DNA of 61,276 nucleotides, the filler included. It is 14 parts of 14 records of this genome, joined end to end, with 100 filler letters (N's around TTAATTAATTAA, not from the genome) between each part and the next. Parts side by side here need not be neighbours in the genome. Positions count along the whole stretch, not along the records: positions 1 to 6,076 come from SRR7504441_110873; positions 6,177 to 9,574 come from SRR7504441_111070; positions 9,675 to 14,181 come from SRR7504441_111074; 11 more parts are not named here. One strand, 5' to 3'. The notes below the pieces were generated by a model. The model made no database searches and was not told the origin of the DNA. It saw only the letters and a list, made by a program, of their open reading frames with translations. Positions 1-11,709 of this stretch are shown here, piece after piece. Positions within the stretch are counted from its first letter, which is position 1. Each line of letters opens with the position of its first letter. The position numbers and the translations under genes were made by a program.

Positions 1-3
1 TCA

Positions 4-2073
4 ATGGTGTCGGGCGAGCGGGCTACCACCCTCGGCCAGCACGGCATGGTCTCGTGCACCCAGCGGCTCGCCTGCGCCGTCGGCGTGTCCGAGCTCGAGA
101 CAGGCGCCACCGCGCTCGAGGCTGCGGTGGCAGTGCAGCTGGCCCTCGCTGTAGTCGAGCCCCAGCACGTCTCCCTGCTCGGCGGGGGTGCCCTTATGTA
201 TCTGCCCCGCCGGGGTGAACCGCCGGTGTTTATGGACTTTAGGGAGGAGGCACCGGAGGAATACCACCCAGGCACGTTCTGCAAGGGCGCAGCCTGCGAT
301 CGACCGGGTGATCCACAGTGCACCTGTGCCGACGGGGTGTGGCCGTACGAGGAGCGCTGCAGCGGCGGGCACGCCACTGGAGTCCCGGGCGTGCCGGCAC
401 TGATCAGGCGGCTGTATTACGATGGATTAATCAAACGGCCCCTGCGAAGGCTCGCGGCGGGGGCGGTGCGATTAGCCCGAGAGGGCTTCCCGATGTACGA
501 CTTCTTGCACCGAACGATCACAGCAAAAGCCGAGTGGCTGTGCAGATACCCCGAGGCTCGGAGCACATTCCTGAATCCGGACTGTTCGAGTGCTAAGGTT
601 CAGGTTGGGGAGCTATTCACGCAGCCAGCGCTAGCACACACTCTGGAGACGTACTTTGACACACCGGAGAGCCTTGCGTCCTTTTACACCGGAGAGATGG
701 CCAGCGCCGTTGTCGCCGCATCGCGCAAGGCCCGGAACCCCGTGACCAGCAAATCAGGCCGGCTGCAGTTAACCGATCTAGCACTGTACCGCGCTGTGAG
801 GCGCGAGCCCATCAGCTTTGGGTACCGGGCACCTGACGGCGAGCTATACACTATCTACGGTCCTGGCATGCCTTTCTCAGGCCCGCTGACTATGAATCTA
901 GTCTTGAAGCAGTTGACGCGGCTCGAATTAGGCGCCGACCGCGTAAGCCTCGGGCAGTTCATGGATATTCAGAACGGTGCGTTTGCCGATCGTAATGCAT
1001 ACATGGCAGACGCCGACTTTGCGACAGTACCGGTGAAAGAGATGCTATCTGAGAGGTTCGCTTCCCAGAGGTTCGACAGCCTCTTTGCCAACGCCTCACT
1101 CCCATTGGCGACACCAGTGGCCCCTGGAAACACAGGCTCTGATCGACGAGGTGCCGAGTCGCCAGCAGTCGAGCACGGCACCTCACATATGTCTATCGCC
1201 GATGCTAGCGGTGGCGTCGTTGCAATGACGACTACAGTCAACGGATTGATGGGCTCCAAAGTCGTGGTAGAGGGGATGATTTTAAATAATCAACTCTGTG
1301 ACTTTGATGCGGTTGGGCTCCTCGCCTCCGGCAACATCACTGCCAACAGCCCAGAGGGTGCGCGAGCACCCCGCCGCACCGCAATTGGTCACGATCACAA
1401 TACCCGTGGAGGGAAGAGGCCGAGATCGTCCATGACTCCAATCATTGTGCTTCCTACCAGCAACGCGACTGTAGCAGCATTCGGAGCACCAGGTGTTTGA
1501 GCCAGGCAAATATGCATTCTGACTGTGTTGATAGGGGGCACCGACATCATCGGAGGGGTGACAAATGTTGTGAAGAACATGTGTGCTGCAGGCTTCCCTG
1601 CAGACCAGCTGCAGCAACAGACTGACCTCCCGCGGGTAATTGGGAAGAACAAACCTGGCATTTCAGGCTCGGTAGAGCGCGAAATCTACGACGACCCTGC
1701 TGCGATGGCAGCTCTGGATTCGCAAGGATATGCCCAGGCACGACTCGTCACAACGGAGACTGAGAGGCCTTATGCTGTGGGCGAGACGTTCGCTCGGGTG
1801 CAATCAGTCATGGTGACAGCGGAGGGGTTCTACGGGGCGTCTGACGCTTCGCGATTTCCGGAATGCGCATCACTGGCCCCCAGAAGCCAAACTGAAATAG
1901 CTGATGACGATAGCGCCAGTGCAGTCGATTCAAACGGCTCTCTGCCTGTTGGGATTGGCGTGGCGACGGGGTTGTCTGCACTTGTGGCCGTGGCTACTGT
2001 GCTTTTGTGGCGGAATGCTCTGAATAGTGTGGAACCCGAGCTCGAACAAACACACGAACTACCGTGCGGATAA
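4..2073 (+). CDS. GGT: gamma-glutamyltranspeptidase (probably 5'-partial), one intron 1493-1534, C-terminal transmembrane helix
   Basis: Motifs VVEPQHVSLLGGG, DFREEAP, TGVPG, FADRNAYMAD, catalytic Thr in HGTSHMS, LNNQLCDF and KRPRSSMTP. Removing a 42-nt GT-AG intron restores FGAPGG. Confidence 0.93.
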
Positions 2074-2163
2074 TAACTGAAAGATCGATAAAATCTCGAC
2101 AAAATCTCGATAAGATCTTCAATGTATAATTCGCTTTCGAATTAATACAGTCATACGATATCA

Positions 2164-3870
2164 TCACTTTACTCCCACCCACGGCCCCCAGTAACCTCCA
2201 TACTTGGAGTTTGCCACTTTGCACGCTTGGCCGTGGCGGGAGCCCCTATCCGGGCTGTAGACAGTGCCCTGGGCTTTGTCAACCTTGGCGAGCATCTCAG
2301 CAAATAAGCTCGGCATCTCAGCTGACAGGCTCTTGGTCTCGCTTGGGTCTTGCTTGATGTCAAATAAGCAGCCATCGGAGGCGTCTCGGCCGCACTTTCG
2401 CTTCTTGAGCGAGGGCACTAACCAGGACGATTTATTGGGCCAGAGCGGGCCTGTGAGTGTGTCCTGCTCGATCATATATTTCTTATTCTCAGCGCCTAGC
2501 AGAAGTTTGTAGTCGCCTTGGATCAGCCCGCCGACCAATGTCTTCCCGTCTCCGTTCGGACTGGTACTCGACGTATCCCCAATCACAAACCCGGACCGCG
2601 GGGCGGTGTGGTTAAGACCGGCCAGCAACGGCCACTGGTTGCTGCACAGCCAGTCAGTGCCCTCGGCGGCTCGGGCGGCTCACATGGAGTCGTGAGGTGG
2701 CAGCCCAGCTTTGGCCGCCTTGTGGTCGGTTGGGTCGACTCCTGCGATCGCCGCATAGGTGGCGTACCAGTCCCAGCTGGTGATGTAACTCGACTCCTTG
2801 GCGCCCCGTCGCTCAACGGGCAACGCACCTCCTGCAACCATCGCAGGCACACGGATCCCGCCTTCAAAGTTACTAAACTTCCCGCCCCGGAGAGGCCAGT
2901 TGTTCCCGCCACAGATACCGGCAAAGATGATCTCCCCGCCGTTGTCCGAATGAAAGACCACCAGTGTATCGTCCCACAGCTGAGCTGCTTTGAGCTCATC
3001 GAGAACTCGACCAATTTGCTCGTCCATCATGTTCACCATCGCGTCCATCGACCGGCGGTAGCCGTCATCCACCGAGCTGAACCGGTCCAGATATACCTGC
3101 GGCACCTCCAACGGCATGTGCACCAGGTGCATCGACCAGAACAAGAAAAGCCGCTCGTCCGGCGGATGCTCTCGAATCAGTCTGAGCACCTGGTCAGTGA
3201 GCAGCAGCTCCTCGTGCACACAGCTCTGATTGGCCGGCCGCTGCTGCTGCTGCGAGCAGTCGGGTCCGTTGGCCAGGTCAGCAGCTGGCCCGTTGCAGCG
3301 TGTCCCGATCCCGGTGTCACAGCTTTCATTGTACCGCCAGAGGTCTTTCATCGAGTGCACAAGCTCGCAGTGCGATTCAGCGTGGCTCCAGTAGTCGTTG
3401 GTATGGTGCCAGTAGCCCAGCCAGGACCCGAACCCCCTGCTGCCCGGACTGTGGCTTCGAGTGGCCATGCCTACATCCCATTTACCCACCATATGGGTCC
3501 GCCAGCCGGCCCCCTTGAGCAGCTCGGCCATACCTGTCATATTCCGCGGTATCCCCTGAAATCCGCCCTCCGGGTCCTTCGGGTTGATCACCTCCGGCGG
3601 CACGTTCTGGACGTTCACGTGGATGGGGGCCCGGCCGGTCTGGATCGCGCATCGGGAGGGCGAGCATATTTTGTGGGTATACAACCGGTCCAGCTCGAGC
3701 CCCTCGGCCAGCAGCGCGTCGAGTCGCGGGGTCCGGCTCTCCTCGGGGTGGTGCCAGCCCACCGCGGCCCATGAGAGGTCGTCGGCCAGGATGTGCACAA
3801 TATGTCTTGGGCCGCCCTCCCTCGCCAGCCCGCCGGCCGCCAGGAGCGCTATCAGCGCGAGAGGGTGCAT
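2164..3870 (-). CDS. secreted arylsulfatase (formylglycine-dependent S1, ARSB/I/J-like), intron 2642-2683
   Basis: Signal peptide, ILADD, CSPSR (CxPxR), VGKW, SDNGG, GGKFSNFEGGIRVP. A 42-nt GT-AG intron joins HDSI-NQWPLL. Confidence 0.93.
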
Positions 3871-4069
3871 CAGTCGGAGCGCTTGGCGGGCGGGAGTAGC
3901 TCGCGGGAGTGGTAGAGCAACACCAGCACGAACGTCGCGATGCCCAGCAGGTTGCTCACCGCCACAAGCATGTGGGTAGACCTATCGATCTGCAGTCGAT
4001 TGCTCTGCCACTGAGTGGGAGTAACGGCATTTCGATCCAGACTTCCAGGGCTGCTCTCAGAAGGGCCCC

Positions 4070-5323
4070 TTGCAGGGAGGGGCGGCCGCGATGCCGCCAG
4101 GAGGGGACCTGGCCGCGCAGGCGGCCCTGGATTCGGGCGACGTGGAGATGAAGGAGCGGACCGAGCGGAGCTACAGTCGGCAGCAGACCTTCGTGATCAA
4201 GGAGGCGGTGGTGCAGACCTCCTCAGGCGAGCTGGTGATCAGGGAGATCGGCCGCACCCTGGTGGAGTCCTGGCAGACCGACATACGGCGGTTAATGGAC
4301 GGGCTGAACTTGTCCGAGTTTGCAGTCAAGGTGCTGTTGGAGGACGCTGAAGGCGGGGACGAGGCGGCCCAGCAGCAGATAGGGCCTTTCGCTATGGGGC
4401 TGATAAAGCCGTTCGCGCCAGTGACTTCGACCTGGGAGGAGCCAAACACCGAGCACACGCTGACTTTCGATGAGCATCACTGGGCCAAGCGGCTGCCCAA
4501 GATGTTCGAGAACATCGAGCGGATGATCGAGGAGATCAAGATTCAGATAGAGGAATGCGAGATAGACCCGCGCGATCCGGAGATCAAGTGGATGGAATAC
4601 GAGCTCGAAAGGTACAGGGCATTTGCCACTGAGGAGGGCCTGCGGATCACTGACGACTACTCCCCCTGGCGACCAGACTTTTACGATCCTGAGCGGATCA
4701 ATAGGCTCACCGATATTGAGAAGTCCCAGCTGGTTCAGCAGGCTATCTGGGCAGCACTTTGCATGCCCCCGGCGAATGAAAGCGGCGACTGCCAGCTGCA
4801 GCTGGTTATGCGCACATTTATGACCATGTTTGACAATGGGCTGTCGCCAGATAAGCCCTTCATCGACCCAATCACTCTTAAGGAAATGTCTCCACTGGAG
4901 TACTCAGCTTATTACGCTTCCGAGGCAGGCCAGCGGCAGGTTGCGGCGCTGCAGAAGGGGCTGCCGGAGGAGTCAAAGGCGGCTGGCTGGGAGGCGGGAT
5001 GCATGTCCACTGTAATCAACGCAATCTTTGACCGTGGTGGCAGCTACTTTTCCGACGATCCCATATTTGCAGCTCGGACTGCCAAGAAGCGTTTCTTGGA
5101 GCAGAAAAGGAGGTCGCTGCCAGATCCATTGAACACCTTGCCAAGGGGGTACGTGCCTGGGTTCAAGCCGCTGCATGCCAAGGTCGAGCTGGTGGGCGAA
5201 AAGAAGAAAAAACTCTCCAAGAAAGAAGCAAAGAATAGAAAACAGTTTGGAGAATTGTCCACAGAAAGCAAAAAGGATTTCCAGGGCCCGAAGCGTAATA
5301 GCATTACCGGAGATATGATGTGA
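4070..5323 (+). CDS. hypothetical protein with Lys-rich C-terminus
   Basis: 417-aa ORF with protein-like composition; no family recognised. Confidence 0.65.
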   Translation: MQGGAAAMPPGGDLAAQAALDSGDVEMKERTERSYSRQQTFVIKEAVVQTSSGELVIREIGRTLVESWQTDIRRLMDGLNLSEFAVKVLLEDAEGGDEAAQQQIGPFAMGLIKPFAPVTSTWEEPNTEHTLTFDEHHWAKRLPKMFENIERMIEEIKIQIEECEIDPRDPEIKWMEYELERYRAFATEEGLRITDDYSPWRPDFYDPERINRLTDIEKSQLVQQAIWAALCMPPANESGDCQLQLVMRTFMTMFDNGLSPDKPFIDPITLKEMSPLEYSAYYASEAGQRQVAALQKGLPEESKAAGWEAGCMSTVINAIFDRGGSYFSDDPIFAARTAKKRFLEQKRRSLPDPLNTLPRGYVPGFKPLHAKVELVGEKKKKLSKKEAKNRKQFGELSTESKKDFQGPKRNSITGDMM

Positions 5324-5409
5324 TATAGATGTGATAAAGTCCTTCAATAGGAGCTCGTGTGTTTTGGTCGTTGTGCCTCGAAAAACCCATGTCCGTTATA
5401 CGAGCCAGG

Positions 5410-5925
5410 ATGGGCAGCTGTTCCTCGACCGAGCAGCGTCGATCCTTCGAGCGGCGTCGATCCGTCGAGCGGACTCAGACCCCACACGCTCCGCCCCCGC
5501 CGCCCCCGGTGCGGACTGTCCTGCTAGACCGGCGTGGCCAGCTGGACCGGCCGCTGGGGCTCCACGTCAGGGTGTCGGCCGGGCAGCTACTGGTGCACCG
5601 GGTCGAGCCCGGCGGGATGGCGGCCGGCACCGGCCAGATATACGCCAACGACCTCGTGCGCGAGGCCAATCGGGCGAGGGGAGTGGGGCCGATGCTCCGG
5701 GTGCTGCAGGACGAGATGCTGGTAGAGCTGGAGCTGAGCAGGCCGGAGCGTCCACTGGTTGGAGACCTGCTCGAGCAGGACCTGGCCCGGGTGCAGGCTG
5801 AGCGGCGGGTGGGCGGCCATTCGCTGGGCGGCAAAGAGAGCGAAAGCCCGAGCCATCCGGAACAACCGGACCAACCGGACCAACCGGAGGAATTCGGGAG
5901 CGCCGATAAAATCTGGACACTCTAA
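5410..5925 (+). CDS. small PDZ-like domain protein, possibly N-myristoylated
   Basis: MGSCSS start (alternative ATG at 5389); PLGLHV...LLVHRVEPGGMAA...DLVREAN resembles a PDZ domain. Confidence 0.6.
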   Translation: MGSCSSTEQRRSFERRRSVERTQTPHAPPPPPPVRTVLLDRRGQLDRPLGLHVRVSAGQLLVHRVEPGGMAAGTGQIYANDLVREANRARGVGPMLRVLQDEMLVELELSRPERPLVGDLLEQDLARVQAERRVGGHSLGGKESESPSHPEQPDQPDQPEEFGSADKIWTL

Positions 5926-6358
5926 CACTCCGAGTAGTTCGAACACACGTGCGTAACAGCAATTAATTAAGAAGAGCCAACTAGATAAATTCACTTACAC
6001 GTTCACTTATATAGCTAACAGCCATACCTAACTGCTCAAGGCCAGTCTTGTCACACGGCGTGATGTCGAGGGTCACNNNNNNNNNNNNNNNNNNNNNNNN
6101 NNNNNNNNNNNNNNNNNNNNTTAATTAATTAANNNNNNNNNNNNNNNNNNNNNNNNNNNNNNNNNNNNNNNNNNNNGAGTGGATGAATACCACGCGTGTC
6201 TACGAAGATGCTTGAGAACGGATGGTTCCACGACAACGTGAAAACCCCTCATGACGTCGTGTTGTGAGGAAAACCCCAAAATCGGCCAAAATCTTGAGAT
6301 TAAATTCGGATGTACATACTAGTATAGAAATCACCACGATTGTGCCTAGGTTGCTTCA

Positions 6359-8345
6359 TTAAATGTCAAAGTTTTGCCGTGGAGGATATTCGTCGTCCTC
6401 CGTAAAGTCAAACTGAGAACCATAAAGCTGCATTCCCATGCAACCATACACAACCAAAACTACAATCATGAACATCAAAATGTTGATGATAGGCTGCATC
6501 GAATTGAAAGCAGCATCGATGATCTTGCGCACAGACTCTATCTTTCGCAGGACTCTTGTCAACCTAAGGGCACGGAATATGCGGAAAACTCGGATAAAGC
6601 CAACATCGATGCCGGCAGATTCTGTGATCATGTTCAGCCAAGAAGTGACCACAATGAAAAAGTCAAACTTGTTGGAGCCAAATCTCCAGTAGTTACAAAA
6701 ACCTTTCAAACAATAGAACTTCATTAGCATTTCGATGGTGAAAACAACATTGAAGGACCATTCAGCAACGTACAGCATGGTGCCGAACGCTCGAGATCTC
6801 TTGTAATGGTCGATTGCAAGGAAAATCGAGTTGAGACAGATGATAGCAATGATAGTGAAGTCAAATCCTGTAGACAAGATGAACGCTTCAGACTCGTCGA
6901 TTGTCAAGGCAAAGAAGAGACTATGCTGCACACGGAGGGCCCTGAGCGCAGAAAAGTCCATACCAACCTGTGCAACGTCGAGCCAACCAGTCACGACCAC
7001 AAAGAAATCCAGAATATTGAACATATCATCAAAGTACGATCTAAACCCCAGAACAATCCACGAATTCAGCATGTCGATTGTGAAAAGAATATTTGCTGTC
7101 AGATCTAGAGCAGGTAGGACATCGTCCTGATAAGAATTGCCACAACTTCTGTCCTGATCACCTGTGCCATTACATGATGTGTCCTGTGAAATGAGACCCA
7201 GGACGTTGACAATATTCACTATCAGCATGAACCACTGCCATCCAGCATCAGCACGGAGCCTGGAGCAATATTGCCAGAGACAGGTCTCGTCGCTGATGCA
7301 CGACGCACCCCGTAGCCAGAGTACATTCTTCCCTACTAAGTTCCGCTCTTTTCGAGCCAACTTCTCGATCATCTTGGCGTTCTTTATCTCGAACACCAGG
7401 TGCTCCTCCTCGCTCTGGCACTTGCTAATGTCCTGATTCTCTCGAATACAGCGCCGCCACTCGGCAATGTTGTCAGCTCGCTTCAGTTCCCAGTCCCGAC
7501 GCCGCACCGCTGCCTTGAACTCCAATTTTGCTTTCTCGAGTATCAACTCGGTCTCGGCATCGTGCTTGTTTGGCCCGTCGCCAGGGTGTTCGCTCAGGTA
7601 GTCGACACCATAAATGTCCTCCCACCACTCGACGAATCCATCCAGTTCAGGGTCGTTGTATGGGTAGGTTTTCGCCTTTTCCTCGCGTTTGGCCTTAGTC
7701 TGTCGGATCGTTTGGTTCCTGTCGGGCTTGGTCCCATCGGCCAGCTCAAAGCAATAGATGCACACGATCAGATTAACGTACAGCGTTTTGTTCACCCCTG
7801 GCGGCGAGCCCTCGTCCAGCAGGGGCAGGCACAGCTCGATGAACTCGTCGATCTCCGCCGAGCCCACCTGGCAGCCCACCCATCACCCCTGTTAGCAGCC
7901 GGTGGTATTCCCCCCCTCGCGACGCCACCCCACAGTCGGGCCGCGGGCTCTAGCTAAACGACCGCCCCCTGAGGCTGCGACACCACCAGACTGACTCCCT
8001 GGGTCGATCGGGATTGGTCACAGCCCCCTTACCCTAACGCCGGCGCCGCACATTCAGATTGAAGGGCTCGGAGAAGGCGAGGTAGGCGACGTTGGTGGCC
8101 AGCAGGTTGAGCTCAGCCTCTGTGTCGATGAACCCGCTCTCGTCGATGTCATAACGGTCGAACTGGTCCTCCAGCGCCGCCACCGTGTCGGGCGACAGCT
8201 CCCAAAACAGCTCCTCCCGTGAGAACATCCCAGGCCCCGACTCGGCCGGCTCGTCGGGCCCTGTTGGCGGCGAGTCGGCGGGGTGCTCATCGGGGGGGTC
8301 CTGGTCGCTCTTCGGGTCGACTGGGTCGATCACCGTCCCGCTCAT
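6359..8345 (-). CDS. EF-hand plus voltage-gated Ca/Na channel-like protein, internally deleted and truncated (possible pseudogene or misassembly); intron 7868-8051
   Basis: EF loop DIDESGFID; repeat with FNILDFFVV and S4 SALRALRV; second repeat with NKFDFFIV, S4 RVFRIFRALRLTRVLR and S5 GMQLYG; ends at RQNFDI-stop. Confidence 0.75.
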
Positions 8346-8475
8346 CCCGCGCCCGGCTCGCGCCCACAGCCGGCCGGCGCTGCTCGGCGCACTGCTGCCT
8401 GGGTCCACGCAGCCCTACACAAGAGGAAACACAGTTTGGTCTGACTAACGGACAAATCCAAAGGCTGGGGCGACC

Positions 8476-9052
8476 ATGTCTGAGTTTGGGCACGAGGAGG
8501 CCATGATGATGGCCTCGCAGCGGCCGCTCGACGCCGCCCCGCTCGACGACGGTGCCCGGTCCCGCCCCCGCCCCCTGCCGACCGCCGGCAGCGCTCGAGG
8601 TGGACGATGGGCTCGACTTTGAAGAGACCCAGGAGGAGCAGCCGGAGCCGGCCGGCGAGAGCGTTGAGGAGGCCGACTCGCAGGACCTGGCCGGGTTCAC
8701 CCAGGAGCTCGGCGAGCCCATGGTAGCGCCCTGCCATCGCAGACGCACGCAACGCTGGGCGCAGGTGGCGGATGAGCCGTTGTTGACCCAGGAGCACCAG
8801 CAGCCGACCCAGCCGCCGCTGATCTTGATACCACACGGTGCGCCGCCGCTGGCGATCCGGGCTGACTGCTGGCGGGCAGGAGCCGGCGGCCAAGGGGTGC
8901 GCCGGCCGGAGTTGGCAGTGGAACAGACGGCGGCGCCGCAGCCGCAGACGGGGGGGGGCGGCGGCTCCGCGGACCGCATTAGAGGAGTGGCTGGGCACGT
9001 TGCCGGTCCCGAGTGTAAATCCACGAACGTGGCTGGACGGATATTAGATTAA
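8476..9052 (+). CDS. acidic hypothetical protein (intron 8552-8591, 3' structure uncertain)
   Basis: The frame from ATG 8476 joins ORF 8552-9052 through a 40-nt GT-AG intron. Confidence 0.4.
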
Positions 9053-9103
9053 ATACTTGACTAATTTAAAATAACAGCTTGTACAATAACACTTAGAACG
9101 GTC

Positions 9104-9574
9104 TTATATGGTATGCGCCAGCTCGCTTCTAAATTGAACGATTCTTAGGAGGTCGGCCGCCTCTGTGTTGCCAAATTCGTCAGCGAGCTCCAACGCAGTG
9201 GCCCTATCCTGAAGGCAAGCGTGAGGAATCCCCGACACACACACACTCACCACATCATCCTTCAGGTGCGGGTCGGCCTTGCAATCTAGCAGCAGCGCCA
9301 CCACTGCCGTCCGTCCATTTGCTCCGGCCACGTGCAGGGCAGTCCTTCCGATCTGCCCCGGCTGATTTGCTCCGCTGCCTAGCCGGCGGCTTGCCTGGTT
9401 CCTGGCCTGCACGTCGGCCTTGGCGTCCAGCAGCAGCTTCCCAGCCGCCGCCTGCCCGCTGAAAGCCGCGAAGTGCAGCGCTGTGTTGCCAAACTGCCCC
9501 GCGTAGGCTGGCTTGGGGCACCAGGCAGAGCACCGTCTTGTCTCTGGCCTCCGGATCGGCCTTGGCCTCCAGCA
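9104..9574 (-). CDS. ankyrin-repeat protein, 5'-partial, spliced
   Basis: GRTALHVAGANGRTAVVALLLDCKADP, plus further TALHFAA and TALELA repeats separated by short introns. Confidence 0.85.
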   Translation of the reverse strand, partial: CWRPRPIRRPETRRCSAWCPKPAYAGQFGNTALHFAAFSGQAAAGKLLLDAKADVQARNQASRRLGSGANQPGQIGRTALHVAGANGRTAVVALLLDCKADPHLKDDVVSVCVSGIPHACLQDRATALELADEFGNTEAADLLRIVQFRSELAHTI

Positions 9575-10244
9575 NNNNNNNNNNNNNNNNNNNNNNNNNN
9601 NNNNNNNNNNNNNNNNNNTTAATTAATTAANNNNNNNNNNNNNNNNNNNNNNNNNNNNNNNNNNNNNNNNNNNNCCGCGGCCCAGACCGAGCAGGTTGAG
9701 GCGACGGATCTGCAAAACAGTGCACGTGTGGCGGAGTAACACAGCTCCGCGCTGTTGGCGCCGGCTCCCTGAAATACCTGGAGCGCCGCTTTACCCGCAG
9801 ATGGTCATGTACCGGCAATGAGCTCTATCCGCAGACCTGCCTCGGCGCCCGGGTCGGCGCCGAGCGCTGTATACACGTAGTGTGAAAGCCGGCTCGCCGG
9901 TTCAAGATAAGTGGCTTGCAAGCAACGCGCGAGCCTGGCCTGCTGGCAACACGGCGCCAGGCGATCGCGCAATGGCATACAACCCAACGCACAGTCGGGT
10001 GTCTTTTGATGAGTTTTTACTCGTGAGTACTGTATGTGCGCCATCTGTGCACGTCCGGCCGGACTTAAGTCTTTAGATCACGACATTACATGTAGCTAGT
10101 GTAATGTTAGTCATCAGTGCGCACTAACCTAGGGCGCCGGGCACATTACCGGGGTGTTTATGAGTACTCTGAGTAGCCGAACTGAAACTCTAGCCGGACA
10201 GTACACTGTAGCCGAATTTAACGGCTTCGACATTCAACCAAAAG

Positions 10245-11359
10245 ATGCCCGAAGTGAGAGCGAGGGCTGCGAAACTCAGCGGGTGCGGGGCAGGTGGATA
10301 GGCTCCCGAAGCTCGTGCTGGCGTGCACCTTCGGCAAGCCGGAGAACAAGGCGCCCCCGCCGATCTGCCCCGCCCATGCCCCCGCCAGGCCTCTGCGGCC
10401 TACACGCTGCAGCAGCTGTCCGGATGCCGTGAAAACCGGTCCAAGATGGCGCTGCACCCGGGGTTCCTCGAGGGCGTGGTCGGGCTGCTCGAGCCCGTCG
10501 GATCCGACTTCGACGAGGTGCCCGCCCCTGGCCTGGCCAGCCTGACGGCTGGCCGTGTAGAAGCTGCAGGAGCATGGTGCGTCGATCATCGTGAACCTGC
10601 TTCTCGAGGCGGCCCACCCCCTCCCCAGCCAGCCCACCGTCCGGGCAGGACCCCGCGATAGACAGCGCCATCGTGGGGACGCCGGGCTGCGTCGACGGGA
10701 TCGTGGCCCTGCTAGGGTCTAGCTTTCCCATCCTGCAGGTGCCCCGTGGCCTGCCCGGCGGCCGACCCAGGGGCCAGCTGCTGGGGGCAACCATGTGCGA
10801 CTACCTGTCGGTCTCGCCGGCGCATCAGCTGGTGCTGGGCGGGGTGACCGGCTGCCGCGGGCGGGGCGTGATGCGAGGCGCAGAGCAACGAGCTGCTTTC
10901 GCGGCTGCACGACACGTTGTTCGTGGATGATATCTCGATGAAGAAGCACGCGGTCAAGGCGATGGAGTACCTCACCGGCCAGCCGGACATTGTCCGCCAG
11001 CTGGTGCTCTATGAGAGTGGATTCTGCTCTGGTATCCTCGACGCCGGTGCGATTCTTTTTATTTCGAATTGTTCGGGGCGATCTGACCTGTGGGGCAGCT
11101 AAGAGCGCCGGGAAGGAGGCGATTGAGCTGTCTGCGCTGAGGACGCTCGGGAACGTGGGACAGTTTGAGGACTTGCAGGTGTGTGCTTGCGAGCGCTGCG
11201 GCTGACTGAGAGCCGAAGGTGGAACTGGCACACACAAAGGGACTCATCGACCACTTAGTGACGCTGCTGGACAGCGAATCGATGGCGGCGCGCGGGATCG
11301 CCAAAGAGATCCTGACCAACCTATCAGAGAACCAGGAGCTCCAGAACATCATAGAATGA
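10245..11359 (+). CDS. armadillo/ARM-repeat-like protein, multi-intron (GC-AG introns 10351-10388 and 10609-10648)
   Basis: Spliced product MPEVDRLPKLVLACTFGKPENKASAAYTLQQLS...GFLEGVVGLL...GCVDGIVALL...ALRTLGNV...ILTNLS has ARM-like periodicity. Confidence 0.65.
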
Positions 11360-11709
11360 TCGGAGTGCTGTGAGGCGCATTGCACATGTCGAACACTCGT
11401 TTGAGTTGAGAAGCTTCTAAATCCAGGTAAATCCAAGTCTCATAGAACGGGCTTCCCTGCCCGGACCAGATTTGGAGTCCCCCGCGCCGGACCACGATCT
11501 TTCGTAGTAGAATTTTAGAAACAATGACTCAAACAAGTTTGTGAGTGCACGACTGTACGAGACAGTATTGTACTTTACATGACTTTATACGAATCGCAAT
11601 ATTATAATTATTCATTGCGGAACTTAGTTATAGTAATCACAATGTAATCACAATGTGTCACAATCCACAAGTACGAGTACATAAGTCATCGATCATCCGA
11701 GGCCAGTCA

